DNA of 64,000 nucleotides from Octopus vulgaris. Its lineage: Eukaryota. The stretch is taken from contig OX597837.1 in assembly GCA_951406725.2 (NCBI GenBank), positions 13,330,001-13,394,000 of the forward strand, given 5' to 3'. The notes beneath the pieces were generated by a model. The model searched no databases, was not told the DNA's origin, and was given only the letters and a program-made list of their open reading frames with translations. Positions 1 to 12,330 of this stretch are shown here, piece after piece (the first letter of the stretch is position 1; every line of letters starts with the position of its first letter). The position numbers and the translations under genes were made by a program.

Positions 1-112
1 TGTTCTCTAGTAGAACCTGGATGGAAATTTCGCTACTACGAACGAACCATGAATTTATTTAGTGAGACAAGGCCGAATAACGAAGGTGATGGACGAAAAA
101 AAAATGTCTGAA

Positions 113-165
113 AACAAGAGAATGGCGGCGGTGACGTCACAGGAAATAGGTGTAACCGGAAATGG
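113..165. promoter_or_regulatory. Promoter-like motif cluster (YY1-like AATGGCGGCG, palindromic CRE GTGACGTCAC, ETS-like CAGGAAAT/CCGGAAAT)
   Basis: Three motif types lie within about 45 bp in CpG-containing, non-repetitive sequence. The associated gene and direction cannot be determined. Confidence 0.4.
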
Positions 166-489
166 AAAGAAACTAATTGAGTTTTGGGTTGGCAAGTTGA
201 CGGTCTTTCATAAATAATTGGTTAAAATCGAGAAATAGAGAAGAACGGTCGATGGCAAAACATGTTGCTGTCGTCACACAGCAACAAATTGGGGGACAAG
301 TAGCGATAGTCGACATAAAACCAGCTCTGGTACCACATTGATTATTATTTTAATATATCGGCACCGGAAGAAAAGAAGAGGTAAAGCTGGAGACGTAGAA
401 GAAGAGGAGCGTGGCTTTTAGGGAGATTTGATGAGGTACCACAAGGTACCCCGCTCAAGCCCGCCACTTCAGATTGTCACCCATGAAAC

Positions 490-652
490 ATGTATAGCTA
501 TATCTGTGTATATATACATTTATATGTATAGCTATATATGTGTGTGTATATATATACATTTGGCGCATTTATATGTATAGCTATATCTGTGTGTATATAT
601 ACATTTATATGTATAGCTCTATGTGTGTGTATATATACATTTATATGTGTAC
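490..652. repeat. AT-rich minisatellite (TATATGTATAGCTATATCTGTGTGTATATATACATT-like unit)
   Basis: About 4-5 imperfect tandem copies are directly visible. Confidence 0.8.
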
Positions 653-1006
653 GTGGGAAGAGATCGTTTTGAATAATATATTTCGGTTCATAATAAAACT
701 TAGTTAAGATGCTGCTAAAGCCGAAAGAATGCCGATTATATTTGATGTTTTTTGATATTGTGTTTGGCTTAGTAATTTGTGAATTAAAAGAGTTATTTAT
801 TTTGGTTCGAAATACATTTTAGAGAGGTGCATGGTGACAAAATTTGGCAAAATTTTACGATGTTAAAAGGGTTGTGGTGTGAATAGAACAAAAATTGGCA
901 CGAGTGAAAAGAGCAGTCACAAAGTGGGTGATCGAAATATGTGAATAAAATAATTATCAACAGATCCCCCATTTTACAACCGCGCGGTGTACATTTATTT
1001 ACTTAC

Positions 1007-1232
1007 CGGCTGTGCAAGAGAGCAAGGGAAGGAATATATATTCGGAAGGGCAGCCTATGGCATTAGCATGATTGGTGACTAGCCTCCGTATGTTGTAGCT
1101 ACCGACCAAGGCCAGATCCAATAAAGGCACCATCTGGGCAGTCTTGTAACAATCTTGCCAGTTGAACTGGCGTGTGCCCGAGTCTTGCGACGGTGCCATG
1201 GTGCTCGTACCGCCTGGCCTGCCTTCGTCCAT
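1007..1232 (-). CDS. Candidate first coding exon of an uncharacterised protein, possibly DUF3987/YfjI-like
   Basis: ATG at 1232 (in-frame TGA just upstream), 75 codons + 1 nt, then a consensus donor G|GTAAGT at 1006-1001. The peptide ends HANAIGCPSEYIFLPLLSCTAG, which resembles the N-terminal helix region of DUF3987 proteins (from memory, not searched). Confidence 0.5.
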
Positions 1233-3849
1233 CTCTCACTTTTGCGCCAATCCTATTTTCCGAGCTACCGCGCACCTCCCCACTGCATAGATCCGATTTA
1301 AGAAACGGCTTGAAAATATTTACATTCCTTAGAGATCGCAATTTAATAATAGTTATCCAATTTACTATTATTTCTAATAATACTGCTTAATTATTATTTT
1401 TATATATGTATCAATAAAGGTGATAATTGTTCTTAATTAAGTGTAATGAGGGGCACTTTACATGGGAAACGAAATTGAAACATTTCAACGTCTTTAAACG
1501 AAAACCAAAATTATATGGTTAGATAAAATAAATATTGTAGATTGTCTTACATGAGAGAAAAGCTTTTACCATGTTAAATTACTACATAGCTATTTAAATA
1601 TTGAAGATTAATAAATATATGTTAAACGAGAAAATATATAAAATTCACGTAAGTACATAGATATAAATAAATTAACCCATTAGATTAATAAATTTGATAA
1701 ATTTAATATGAAAAATGGCTTAATTTACTTTTAGACGGAAAATATTCAAAGAACAAAGTATTAAAAAAAGGATCTGGGTGCTTGTGTGCTTTAGCATATG
1801 CAGGAAAATATATAATATATATGTGTGTGTATATATATGTACATTTGTGTCAATGGGATTCAATTATGTTGACGAAAATGTGTAGTAATTAGCGAGCTAG
1901 TTTACATAATTAAACACAAAAACACAATCTGGTAATAATAAATAAGTGTAAATGTGTGAGTATGGATTTAATTAATTCCGATCTCTCTTTTTTTCTTTCT
2001 TCTTTGTTTCTCTTTTTTCACCCCCTGTTAAAAATGTTTCGCTGCTAATACAGTAGTTATATAAATTTTTCTCCCCCACATTGTGACGGCGCCTTTAGAC
2101 GAGCAAGAGAGAGGAAAAGCTCGAGCAACGAGGAGAAGCAACGGCCAGGCAGGTAGCTAGGTAGGTAAAAGCAAGGCAAGCAGACAGTTGGCAGCAATGT
2201 CCTTCCACCAAGGCTGGTTGGTTGGCAACTAACTTGAAAGTAGAATGACAGTAGCAGCCTGCCTAGGTAGTGGTAGTAGCTAACTTGGCACACTTTTTGT
2301 CCTTCTTTGCTTTTTTTCTTTTCCTTCCTTCTTCCATACAGTTGCTGCTGCCTAGTCAACTCACGATTCAGCCAAATATAGCAGCCTTAATAACACTTTA
2401 ATACACTCTTTCTATTCTTCCTAATAATGGCTTCTTTGCTCTTTTCTCCTCAGATCTTCCGATATTTTCTAGTTTCTATTCCTTCGTCGGTTTTTTTTTT
2501 AATTCAATTATTTTATTCATTTTTTTCAATATAATAAAATTTGGTCTTTTTTTTTAAATAACATATCTTCCTGATCGAAATCTTTACTGCCGTAGTTTAT
2601 CTCATTTTATTTTTAGTTTTAACTTTTTCATATATTTTAATTATTTCCTTCTCCCCGCTAAAACATACATGTCTATATAAGCATACACGCACACCCAAAG
2701 GTGTTTTCCCCCCATTTTTTTTTTTTTGTGTGTGTGTCTCTTTGTCTTTCAAGAACTTCACTGGTCACCTCCACCGGCAGCAACCAATTCTATAAGAACA
2801 AAATATGCTATGTACAATAAAGACAAAATAACCAACGTTTTTGGTCATTTCCCCTTATTTTGTCCAGAAACTACATATTTCTTCTCTTCACCAATATACC
2901 TACTCTCCCCCTATCAACTTTAACTTAACTTTATATTATCGCCAAGAGTAGCTGATAAATAACCAACTGGCTTAAAATAGATAACGCGCAAAATTTATAG
3001 TGTGAGTAGCGGAATTAAAAGCAACTGCGCGAAAGCCATGCGATTTCACGGTCTCAAGTGGTGCTTTCGATCAAATATTACCCGTATATTTCCTACTCCA
3101 TGTCCTCAAGAGTACATTTTTAAAATTACAAACCGAATTATAAACTTCTTCCCGATGTCCAACGTCTTTGTGTCTTCAAGTTATTCTACATTTATATCAG
3201 TCTATTGTAACTTGTAACTGGAGTATTTAGATCCAAGTCAGACGCTTTGAGGATCTTTTTTGATTTTAATTTTCTAGTGACTTTATTCTACATAACCTAG
3301 TTTCACATTTACTTGCTCGTTTGGAAATGTTATCTGCTTCGATTGTCTTAGTTTAAACACACATATCAATCATAAGACAATTACAAAGAATCTCATGGTG
3401 TTGTACATGAGTTCTTATCTCCAACTTGATAATCTTCGCTCTCCATGACAGCCAAGTGGTTCGTGATTATTTGATCTGAGAAGAAATGCTTTGTCCTCAA
3501 AACTTTTCAACATCACCCACCAACCAACCAACTTCCTTTATTATAATCACCAGACACGGGAAGGCAGCCTGTTCTCCCTTACCAGAGGCAGATGATAAGG
3601 CATTTAGCTGATAGCCAGGTCCCTCTACATATGATACCAACTATTTGATACAAACCCACAAAGCAGCAATACACAGACATTGAACAATTGCCTCCCAAGT
3701 AGTTCCATTGCCCTGTCTTCGTCTCAAGCAGATTTGATTGCTAGCAACTCCAACACATTTGTACTCATACGCTTTATCCTAAGCAAACAGTGCCACCCTG
3801 TGCCTTTACCAACACAAGAACTTCCTTGCTTTTTTACTTAGCTCATGAA

Positions 3850-4100
3850 TCATCATCATCATCATCATTTAGCGTCCGCTTTCCATGCTAGCATGGGTTG
3901 GACGGTTCAACTGGGATCTGTGAAGCCAGAAGGCTGCGCCAGGCCCAGTCTGATCTGGCAGTGTTTCTACGGCTGGATGCCCTTCCTAACGCCAACCACT
4001 CCGTGAGTGTAGTGGGTGCTTTTTACGTGCCACCCGCACAGGTGCCAGACGGAGCTGGCAAACGGCCACAGACGGATGGTGCTTTTTACGTGCCACCGAC
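3850..4100 (-). mobile_element. RTE-type LINE 3' end / tail repeat ending in (GAT)n
   Basis: Carries the recurrent motif GGAGTGGTTGGCGTTAGGAAGGGCATCCAGC...AACCCATGCTAGCATGGAAAGCGGACG + (GAT)n. The same family recurs at about 4560-4760, 4825-4990, 6900-7080, 21101-21270, 23840-24126, 31630-31845, 32355-32770, 33200-33395, 37960-38300, 47490-47708, 48381-48660, 48790-49085, 49690-49850, 55485-55640 and 57240-57311. Confidence 0.75.
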
Positions 4101-4103
4101 TGG

Positions 4104-4363
4104 TTTAAACCTTTAGCATCCAGCTTACTCTTCTCAAGACTAATGCTTAAAGCATAATCAATCCAAAACAATGTGAATAAATGTTCATGTTGTTTTGAAT
4201 TAATCATGCATTATTTTGTGGCTTTGAGATTTCAATAATTGTGATTGATTATTTTTAGAATGACATTGTAGGGTAGGTGTGAGGGGACAGATCTGGCCAG
4301 TTTGAACATATAACAGGTAGATTATTTGAGCTGGACATGGCCAGCTTACATGCTAAAAGTTTA
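4104..4363. mobile_element. piggyBac-like MITE (TTAA-C(C)CTTTAGCA...TGCTAAA(A/G)G-TTAA type)
   Basis: Degenerate short TIRs with TTAA-like flanks. A homologous copy lies at 15127-15345 and a partial one at about 38405-38490. Confidence 0.5.
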
Positions 4364-5244
4364 CGGCAGTATTGGCCACCAATACTTGACAACCGGTGTT
4401 GGTGTGTTTACACCCCCATAACCTAGCTGTTCAGCAAAAGAGAGTAATAGAATAAGTATCAGGCTTCAAAGGAAGAAAACAAGTACTGAGGTTGATTTGT
4501 TTGACTAAAATATTCCTGTTCTGCTTGAGAACAGGAATATTCTCAAACTGAATAAGAATCATGGTCATGGCCATTACTAATGGCACATAAAAGGCACCTG
4601 GTACACTGTGCGGAGTGGTTGGTGTCAGGAAGAGCGTCCAGCCATAGAAACCAGGCCAAAACAGACAGGAGCCTGGTGCAGCTCTCTGGCTTACCATGGC
4701 CAGTCAACCTGTCCAACCCATGCCAGCATGAAAGGCAGATGTTAAATGAGAGTGATGACAAGACCAGCACTGCCTCAAATGGTTTGGTTGGTTTCACCCG
4801 GTAAGCCTTATTTTTTCAGCAACTATCACTACACTCTCAGAGTGGTTGGTGTTAGGAAGGGCATCCAGCTGTAGAAACTCTGCCAGATCAAGATTGGAGC
4901 CTGGTGCAGCCATCTGGTTTGCCAGACCTCAGTCAAAATCGTCCAACCCATGCTAGCATGGAAAGCGGACGTTAAACGATGATGATGAAATTACAGTTTT
5001 GTGATCACCATTTTCAGAATTGGATCTTTTCTTTTATCTTTTGTTCCTTACAGTCATGATACTAAGGCCATGCTGGGGCACCACCCTGAAGAATTTTAGT
5101 CAAACAAATCAACCTCAGTATTTGTTTTCTTTCTTTGAAACCCGATACTTATTCTGTTCCTCTATTTTGCTGAACTGCTAGGTTATGGGGATGTAAATAC
5201 ACCAACACCGGTTGTCAAGCGGTGGTGGGAGACAAACCCAAAGA

Positions 5245-7080
5245 CACTCACAGACACAGTGGTTAGTGAGATTGGTGCAAGCCATGAACAGGGATGCTGC
5301 CAGTAAGATGAAGGTTGGCAACAGAAATAGCAATGAATTCAGTGTACAGGTCAGAGTTCACCAAGGCTCAGTTCTCAGCCCCCTCCTGTTTATCTTAGTC
5401 CTCCAGGCCTTAACAGAGGAATTCAAGACCAGCTGTCCCTCAGAGCTCCTCTGTGCTGATAACCTTGTTCTTATAGCTGAATCACTCTCTGACCAAGAGA
5501 AGAAATTTCAGGCATGGAAATAAGTCTGGAACCTAAGGGCCTTAGAGTTAATTTAGCAAAAACCAAAGTCCTAGTAAGTAGGAAAACAGATAAATCACAA
5601 GTCCCTTTAGGGAGATGGCCCTGCTCAATATGTAAGAAGGGTGTTGGTAGAAAGTCTATATGTTATAATCAGTGCAAGCTTTGGACACATAAGAGGTATA
5701 GCGGTATCACAGGAAGGTTAACAGAGAATATAGTGTTTGTGTGTGGCAAATGTGCAGGTAGAATAAGCACTAAAAGTACACAGGCAATAGACTTCCTCAA
5801 ATGCCCAAGTGAATCATAAGAAGTAGTAGATAGCTTCTGTTACCTAGGAGACCAAGTTAGCAGTGGGGGAGGGAGTTCTGAAAGTGCAGTTGCTAGGATA
5901 AGAACAGGATGGGTGCAATTCAGAGAGCGTAACAAAGGGCCTCTCCCTCAGAGTGAAAGGCAGATTGTATGACGCCTGTGTACATACAGCTATGTTATAT
6001 GACAGTGATATATGGGCCTTGATTACAGAGAACTTGCAAAAGCTTGAAAGAAATGAAGCTGGCATGCTCCACTGCATGGGTGATGTCAGTGTGCACACAT
6101 GACAGAGTGTAAGTGATTTAAGAGGCATCAGATGTTGTGTGCAGAGGAGAAGACTGCACTGGTTTGGGTATGTGATGTGTATGGATGAGGACAGCTCTGT
6201 AAAGAATGGCTGAGCTCTAATTATGGAGGGTTCCTGTGGAAGGGGTTGACCCAGAAAGATGTGGGATAAAGTGGTAAGAAAAGATCTTTAGATACTGGGG
6301 TCTCACTGAGGAAGGTGGAGGCGCAATGGCCCAGTGGTTAGGGCAGCGGACTCGCGGTCATAGGATCGCGGTTTCGATTTCCAGACCGGGCGTTGTGAGT
6401 GTTTATTGAGCGAAAACACCTAAAAGCTCCATGAGGCTCCGGCAGGGGATGGTGGTGATCCCTGCTGTACTCTTTCACCATAACTTTCTCTCACTCTTAC
6501 TTCCTGTTTCTGTTGTACCTGTATTTCAAAGGGCCGGCCTTGTCACTCTCTGTGTCACGCTGAATATCCCCGAGAACTACGTTAAGGGTACACATGTCTG
6601 TGGAGTGCTCAGCCACTTACACGTTAATTTCACGAGCAGGCTGTTCCGTTGATTCGGATCAACCGGAACCCTCATCGTCGTAACCGACGGAGTGCTTCCA
6701 TCCATCCACTGAGGAAATGACAAGGGACCAGGAGATGTGGGGATTTGCTGTACTTGGTAAGATGCATCAAGCTAAGTGAAACAGCTGTCTTCCACACACA
6801 CAAGATTGTCCATTCAGGGGCCGGTGCCACTTACAATGCACTTGTGCTGCTGTTGCATTAAGGCACTCGTGCCACTGCTGTGCCGTCTCACACATCTCAG
6901 TGGCACATGAAAAGCACCCAGCATACTGTGTTAAGTGGTTGGCATTAGGAAGGGCATCCAGCTGTAGAAACCATGCTACAACAGACAGTTGGGGTCTGGA
7001 CAGCTCCCTCCTAGCCAACTACATTCCAAACCGTCCAACCCATGCCAGCATGGAAAGCAGACCCTAAAAGATGAAGATGA
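5245..7080 (+). mobile_element. Decayed RTE-clade LINE (RT C-terminal half to 3' tail), interrupted by a SINE
   Basis: ORF fragments VHQGSVLSPLLFILVL, LLCADNLVL (YADD-like), GLRVNLAKTKVL, WPCSICKKGVG and HWFGYV; frameshifts and stops; (GAT)n tail. Confidence 0.85.
6314..6706 (+). mobile_element. tRNA-derived SINE, full length, nested in the RTE element
   Basis: Box A TGGCCCAGTGG and box B GGTTTCGATTTCC; 10-bp TSD CACTGAGGAA at 6304-6313 and 6707-6716. A close copy lies at 62762-63143 (-). Confidence 0.85.
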
Positions 7081-7665
7081 TGGGTTTCTTTCAATTTCAT
7101 CCACCAAATTCACTTACAAGACTTTAGTTGGCCCAAGGCTATAACAGAAGACTCTTGTCCAAGGTGCGACACAGTGGGACTGAACCCAGACCCATATGGT
7201 TGGGAAGCAAACTTCTTGCCACACAGCCACGCAACCACTTGAAAGCAAAACTGATGAGAATGTCCAATGATATACCATTTTTTATGGCATAAAAGATGCT
7301 GAGGAATATTAAACATGCCCCAATTTCAGCAGCAAATATCCAGGAAAAACATTTTTAGTGCCTTAAAGAATTCAATATTGGCCTAACTATGCATATAGGA
7401 GGAGCAGGGGGGATATTTTTGAGACATATTTTGGCCAAAAAATTTGTGTCTTATATGTCATGAAATATGGTTCCATGACATCCAATAACATAGGTGCATG
7501 TGTGGGTGTTTGGTTAAGACGTGGTCTTGAGTTCAGTCCCACTAGGCAGCACATTGTGAAAGTGTCTTCCACTGTAAACTAGTGTCAACCAAAGTCTTAT
7601 AAGTGAATTTGGTAGACAGAAACTGAACGAAGTTTGCTGTGCGAATACATACATACATAATATAT

Positions 7666-8650
7666 ATGGCAGTTAGAGCTAAGAAACAGGCCTGGAGGAA
7701 TGGGGGTAGCAGGGAACTGTATCAGATTGCCAGAAGGGATGCTATGAGACAAGTATGTCTAGCCAAGGGAGAAACAGAAAAGAAGAAGTTTTCCTATAAG
7801 ACTGAAGTGTTTTGGATGGCAAGACAATATGTGGGAGAAAACTGTAATGTGATAGGGGAGAAATGTGTCTGCATGGATGATGGTGCATTTGCTTTTAATG
7901 ATTCTGCAAAGAGGCTTGGAAATGCCATTATGAAAGACTGCTGAATGTGGAGCATGAATGGGAGGAGGGGAGTCTGCCAAATGTTGATCCAATTGAGGGA
8001 CTGGCTACCCAAATCAATTGTTCCATGGTAGATAAAACAGTTAAGGATATGAAGACACCTCCACTGAGATGCTAAAAATATCTGGTGGTGATGGGTTATG
8101 GTCTAGTCACCTGTATTATAAATCAGGTGGGTCACGAAGGAGTCATATCCAATGACTGGTGTAGCAGCATAATAGTCAACTGCTACAAAGGTAAAGGTGA
8201 TGCTTTAGATAAAAGTAATTACAGAGGTATCAAATTGCTGGATCAGGTGATGAAAGTTACAGAGAGAGTCATAGCCCAACTATTTAGGGAGGGAGTTAGC
8301 TGAGAGGAGATGCAATTTGGCTTTATGCCAGGGAGAAGCACCACTGATGCTATATTTCTGGTAAGAGAGCTGCAGAAGAAATACATAGCCAAAGATAAAC
8401 CTCTGTACTTGGCTTTTGTTGACTTGGTGGTCAATGCAAAAAGTAGAGATAGGCAAGTGGTTGATGAGAGCTGTACAAACTATGTACAGGAATGCTACCA
8501 GTAAGCTGAGGGTTGGCAATGAGTACAGGAAAGAATTTGGGGTTCACCAAGTATCAATGCTCAGCCCCCTCTTGTTCATCATAGTCCTACAGGCAATAAC
8601 AAAGGAATTCAAGACAGGCTGCCCCTGGGAGTGCCTCTATGCTAATGAAC
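7666..8650 (+). mobile_element. Decayed RTE-clade LINE RT fragment
   Basis: YKGKGDALDKSNYRGIKLL, MQFGFMPGRSTTDAIF, LYLAFVDL, HQVSMLSPLLF and LYANE motifs, with frameshifts. Confidence 0.9.
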
Positions 8651-9478
8651 TGTGGCAATAAAGAGGTCATAGTTTTGCAATAAATTTTGATGAAGTTAAT
8701 TCAAAGGGTCGTTTTATTTGCTTCTGTCCAGTTGAACCCCTACTCCTTCAGCTCTTCCTCAGTATTCTCACAAACGTTTCCTAGAAGGAAGGCCTTCTTC
8801 ATTTTCAATCATCATCGATTCATCTGTAACTTTGCTTTTAAGCTCAAAACACAAATAGCAACGATTTTTGTCAAATACCACAAGGTATATTGTCCGACAT
8901 TCTGTTTTGGCAGTTCACCTGTCAATATAAGCAGCATCGTCACTTGTCAGAAACCCTCACCTGCGTTTTATCTCCTGGATGAAAAGGAATATTGGATAGT
9001 CAAGATGAAGTCTGTAAACTGAAAAGTTGGGAGAATGATGAAGGTAAAAAAGTTGGCCAAAAGGACACACGGATTGTGAACAAATAAGGTCAGAAGACAA
9101 CTTATTTATTTAGTTGATTAAAGACAACCCCTGTTGATTAGCCTTTGGATACCAACCTATCCAAAACCATCCTGGATCTATCTTCATTTTAAACCCTGAC
9201 AATTTGAAGTAATTAATTGCAAAGATTAGTGACACTTATACAAAAATTTCAAAACTTTATCTAGTTTTATAATTACTCAAGAGAAAATATTGAGACTAAT
9301 TAGCCGTCTTACATAGGTGCAAGCATGGCTGTGAGGTAAGGAGTTTGCCTTCCAATCACATGGTCTTGGGTTCAGTCTCACTGAGTGACATCTTGTACAA
9401 GTGTCTTCTACTATAAGACACATGCTGACTAAAGCCTTGTGAGTGGATTAGGTAGATGGAAACCAAAAGAAGCCCATC

Positions 9479-9516
<38 letters not shown>

Positions 9517-9593
9517 AATATTAGGGAATAAATCCAAATTTACAGGGAAAAATCAGATTTAGGATTGAATCCAATTTTATAGTAAAATATTAT

Positions 9594-9779
9594 ATAATAT
9601 TATTAGAGACAAAACCACTATTTTGCAAATCAAACAAGGAAAGACTTAATCAATACATAAAAAATTTTAATATAAAGTAAATAAATAAATATTTACTTTA
9701 TATTAAAATTTTTTATGTATTGATTAAGTCTTTCCTTGTTTGATTTGCAAAATAGTGGTTTTGTCTCTAATAATATTAT
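9594..9779. repeat. Near-perfect palindrome with ~90-bp arms (9594-9683 / 9690-9779)
   Basis: Arms are direct reverse complements; located between (TA)n tracts and next to a Penelope-like fragment. Confidence 0.9.
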
Positions 9780-9944
9780 TTATATATATATATATATATA
9801 TGTATGTATGATAGACTCTTCTGTTGAAGATGACATATGAGTGTTCAGCTGAATGACCTGCACAAATTCCAGGCAGTGATCTGAGTAATAATAACATTGA
9901 AAAATACCTTAGGAATGAGAACCCAGGTTCAAAATTTCTCCAAG

Positions 9945-9988
9945 ACACCTGATGAAGGCTGGAGAGTATATCAGCCGAAATGCTGTGT
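9945..9988 (+). ncRNA. Degenerate minimal type-I hammerhead ribozyme motif
   Basis: ACAC-CTGATGA-A-GGCTG(loop)CAGCC-GAAA-TGCT-GTGT. Stem I (ACAC/GTGT) and stem II (GGCTG/CAGCC) are intact; stem III and the cleavage site are mutated. Confidence 0.55.
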
Positions 9989-10019
9989 TAACAACAAACA
10001 AGATGAGGACAAATATTCA

Positions 10020-10515
10020 ATGAAGTTGATCCAAGGCTCACAATTAGGGCAGCCACACTTCTTGACTACTGTTGTGGGGTTTGTGGAGGATAATTTAGCA
10101 CTGAATAGTTTTTTGTGGGATTTTAATTGCTTTTGACAATTTTGTGTATTTCTAGTGCTCGTTTCATTCTTGGGTCTTGTCTCAGCAGTGGAATGTTGTA
10201 AGACTCTGTGCTTTTTAGGTCATGTGTTGCAATAAAGGTTAGAGTATTAGATGTGTCTGAAGTATTTTTTTGCTTCATATGTTACTTAAATATCTGTTGC
10301 TTTGGCCTGTTCTATTCCGTTGTCAACATCGATGGTTATTTCCTTTCAAGTGATATTTGTTTTAATTCCTGGAGTCTTTTATTATGAGTTTCAACATTTG
10401 AAACAATTGTACAGATTCTTCTTGCTAGAGCAAATGGATTATTAGTCTCCATGTGTTTGGGATGGCAATGATGAGAACAGCAGGTATTATTTAGAATCTA
10501 TTAGTTTGTAATGTT
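10020..10515 (-). mobile_element. Penelope-like element RT thumb fragment
   Basis: Minus-strand translation YKLIDSK*YLLFSS...HPKHMETNNPFALARRICTIVS matches the PLE YKPT..YL...S.HP......IP...A.R motif. Confidence 0.75.
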
Positions 10516-11387
10516 TCAATAATTGTTGGAGACTGTCACTAGACATATTCGCTCAACCGTGACAGCCTTAATTTTCAGTGCAAAAAATGTCAAGATATTA
10601 ACACAAAGACATGGAGGGGGAAAAAACATTTCAAGATCTAAACACCTGATTATCCTATGCCACACTTGACAGACTAAATTCAGACAGCCTTGATTGTCAG
10701 TAGACGTGTTCACTCAACCATGACAGCTTTGTCATATAGCAAGTGGGGTGGGGAACCTACAAAAATTTCTCAACAGCCAATCAGGTCATATCCAAAACAG
10801 ATACTAAGCCATGTTGTCTCCATAAAAACAAGAGAAATTTTGAACTCCAACCAGAAGGAAGACAGTTGCAGCAGAGCTCCAGATCTTCCTATTCTCAACT
10901 TCTGAAAACCAGAGAAGCCTGTGAAACCAGGCAAGTCTAAAATTTTTTAAATGCAAAAAAAATCTAAACAAATCCCAGTGCATTTTCAACTTATTTCTAC
11001 CCGTGTGGAATAAATTAACCTTGTTTTATAATATGGCAATGGGTCGAGTGTTTGGCATTATGTCATACTTGAGAAGACCCATCAAGCTAAACAAAACCAC
11101 AATAGTGGCCAGATACTAGTGTCATGAAAAAGCACCCACCACACTCTTGGGTCGAAACTTGAAGCCAATGGGAAGTAAACATCATGGCTGTGCATGTATA
11201 TTTATATAGAATCCTATCACAAAATACTTGGTATTTCTTCCCTATTGGATTCAATCCGATGATGTTCGCGTTTAGACAGGTATGAATTATGTCCCTTGGA
11301 TCTTTACAAGAACTGCTGACAAAAAGTTACTTTAACTTTAACCCTGGACTTCGACCATGATGGAGCACCGCCTTGAAGGGTTTAGAC

Positions 11388-11555
11388 CAGAGTTTCTCAA
11401 CCAATTTTTGTCTGTGGACCCCTTTGATTCTTATTTTATTTATAGCCATTTGATGTTTGAAAAAGTATCTTTTGTATAACCGATTTATTGCAGATATCTT
11501 GTAACATCTTATGTGGACTCCTAAGGGTCACATGGACCTTAGTTGAGAATCACTG
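11388..11555. mobile_element. hAT (Buster/Charlie-type) MITE
   Basis: TIRs CAGAGTTTCTCAAC / GTTGAGAATCACTG; perfect 8-bp TSD GTTTAGAC (11380-11387, 11556-11563) with central TA. A related partial copy lies at about 24125-24328. Confidence 0.85.
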
Positions 11556-11749
11556 GTTTAGACAAACAAATTATCTTTAGTGCTTAAGCTATGCTGTGGA
11601 AAGGACTAAGCCCCAAACCATGTGATTGCTAAGCAAGCTGTATCACTAGAATAAAACGAAAAACCTTATTCAGACCAAAATTTACAACTTCAATTATTTA
11701 TTCTAGAAATGAATGCCAAATACCCAATCCCATCTACATTTCTTTTGCA

Positions 11750-12330
11750 AGAAGGAATTGGCAGATTCACTTTCGTGCTCGTCCATCAACATTGGAGTTG
11801 AGATGTTTTAGCACCACAAACCTATTTGACATCTGATTTGATATTTCTTTGTGCGTATGAGGTGACATGTTTACATCAATCATATTCGAATGATAAATTG
11901 TAAGGTACATCTGTTTCTGTGCATAAGCATGTATTTGTCTCCCCACCTTCTCTCTCTGGGAACATGCTTGTATCTGCCTTCAGCACTAAAATGGGTTAAA
12001 ATATCCCAACAGCATCCAAAACAACTCAGTCCAATTATCTCACTGGCATTAAAGCATGTCTACGTGGAGAACTTGTCAACCAAAGAGACTGCTTGCATTT
12101 CCCCCATTATTAAACACCTCTCCTCCAGCTCTTTAGCATCCAGATTATGTCAAACGAAATGCATTATCCTGAAGCTTCAAGACTGACATTAGCTTTCTGC
12201 CAAGCATAAATCATAAAAAGATGCTACTACTCATCCGGTTGTCCCTTTCATTAACCTCTGACAATACTCTTCCTGTCTCCATCTCCAACATTTCTTCCAC
12301 CATACGTTTAATCTATCAGCCACAGAAGGG
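11750..12330 (-). mobile_element. Possible highly decayed CR1/Jockey-type RT remnant
   Basis: Only broken motif similarity (GEMQAVSL..DK, R.KHV); many stops. Confidence 0.3.

Noticed and set aside
3300-3840. Possible Penelope N-terminal remnant
   Set aside because: Only faint broken motif similarity; cannot be supported by eye.
6318-6390. tRNA gene (Arg-like)
   Set aside because: It is the head of a SINE with a body, tail and TSD; no proper acceptor stem or oligo-T terminator. The same applies to 22175, 50820, 52360 and 63070.
8650-9110. 111-aa ORF / possible transposon remnant
   Set aside because: No recognisable motifs or splice structure.
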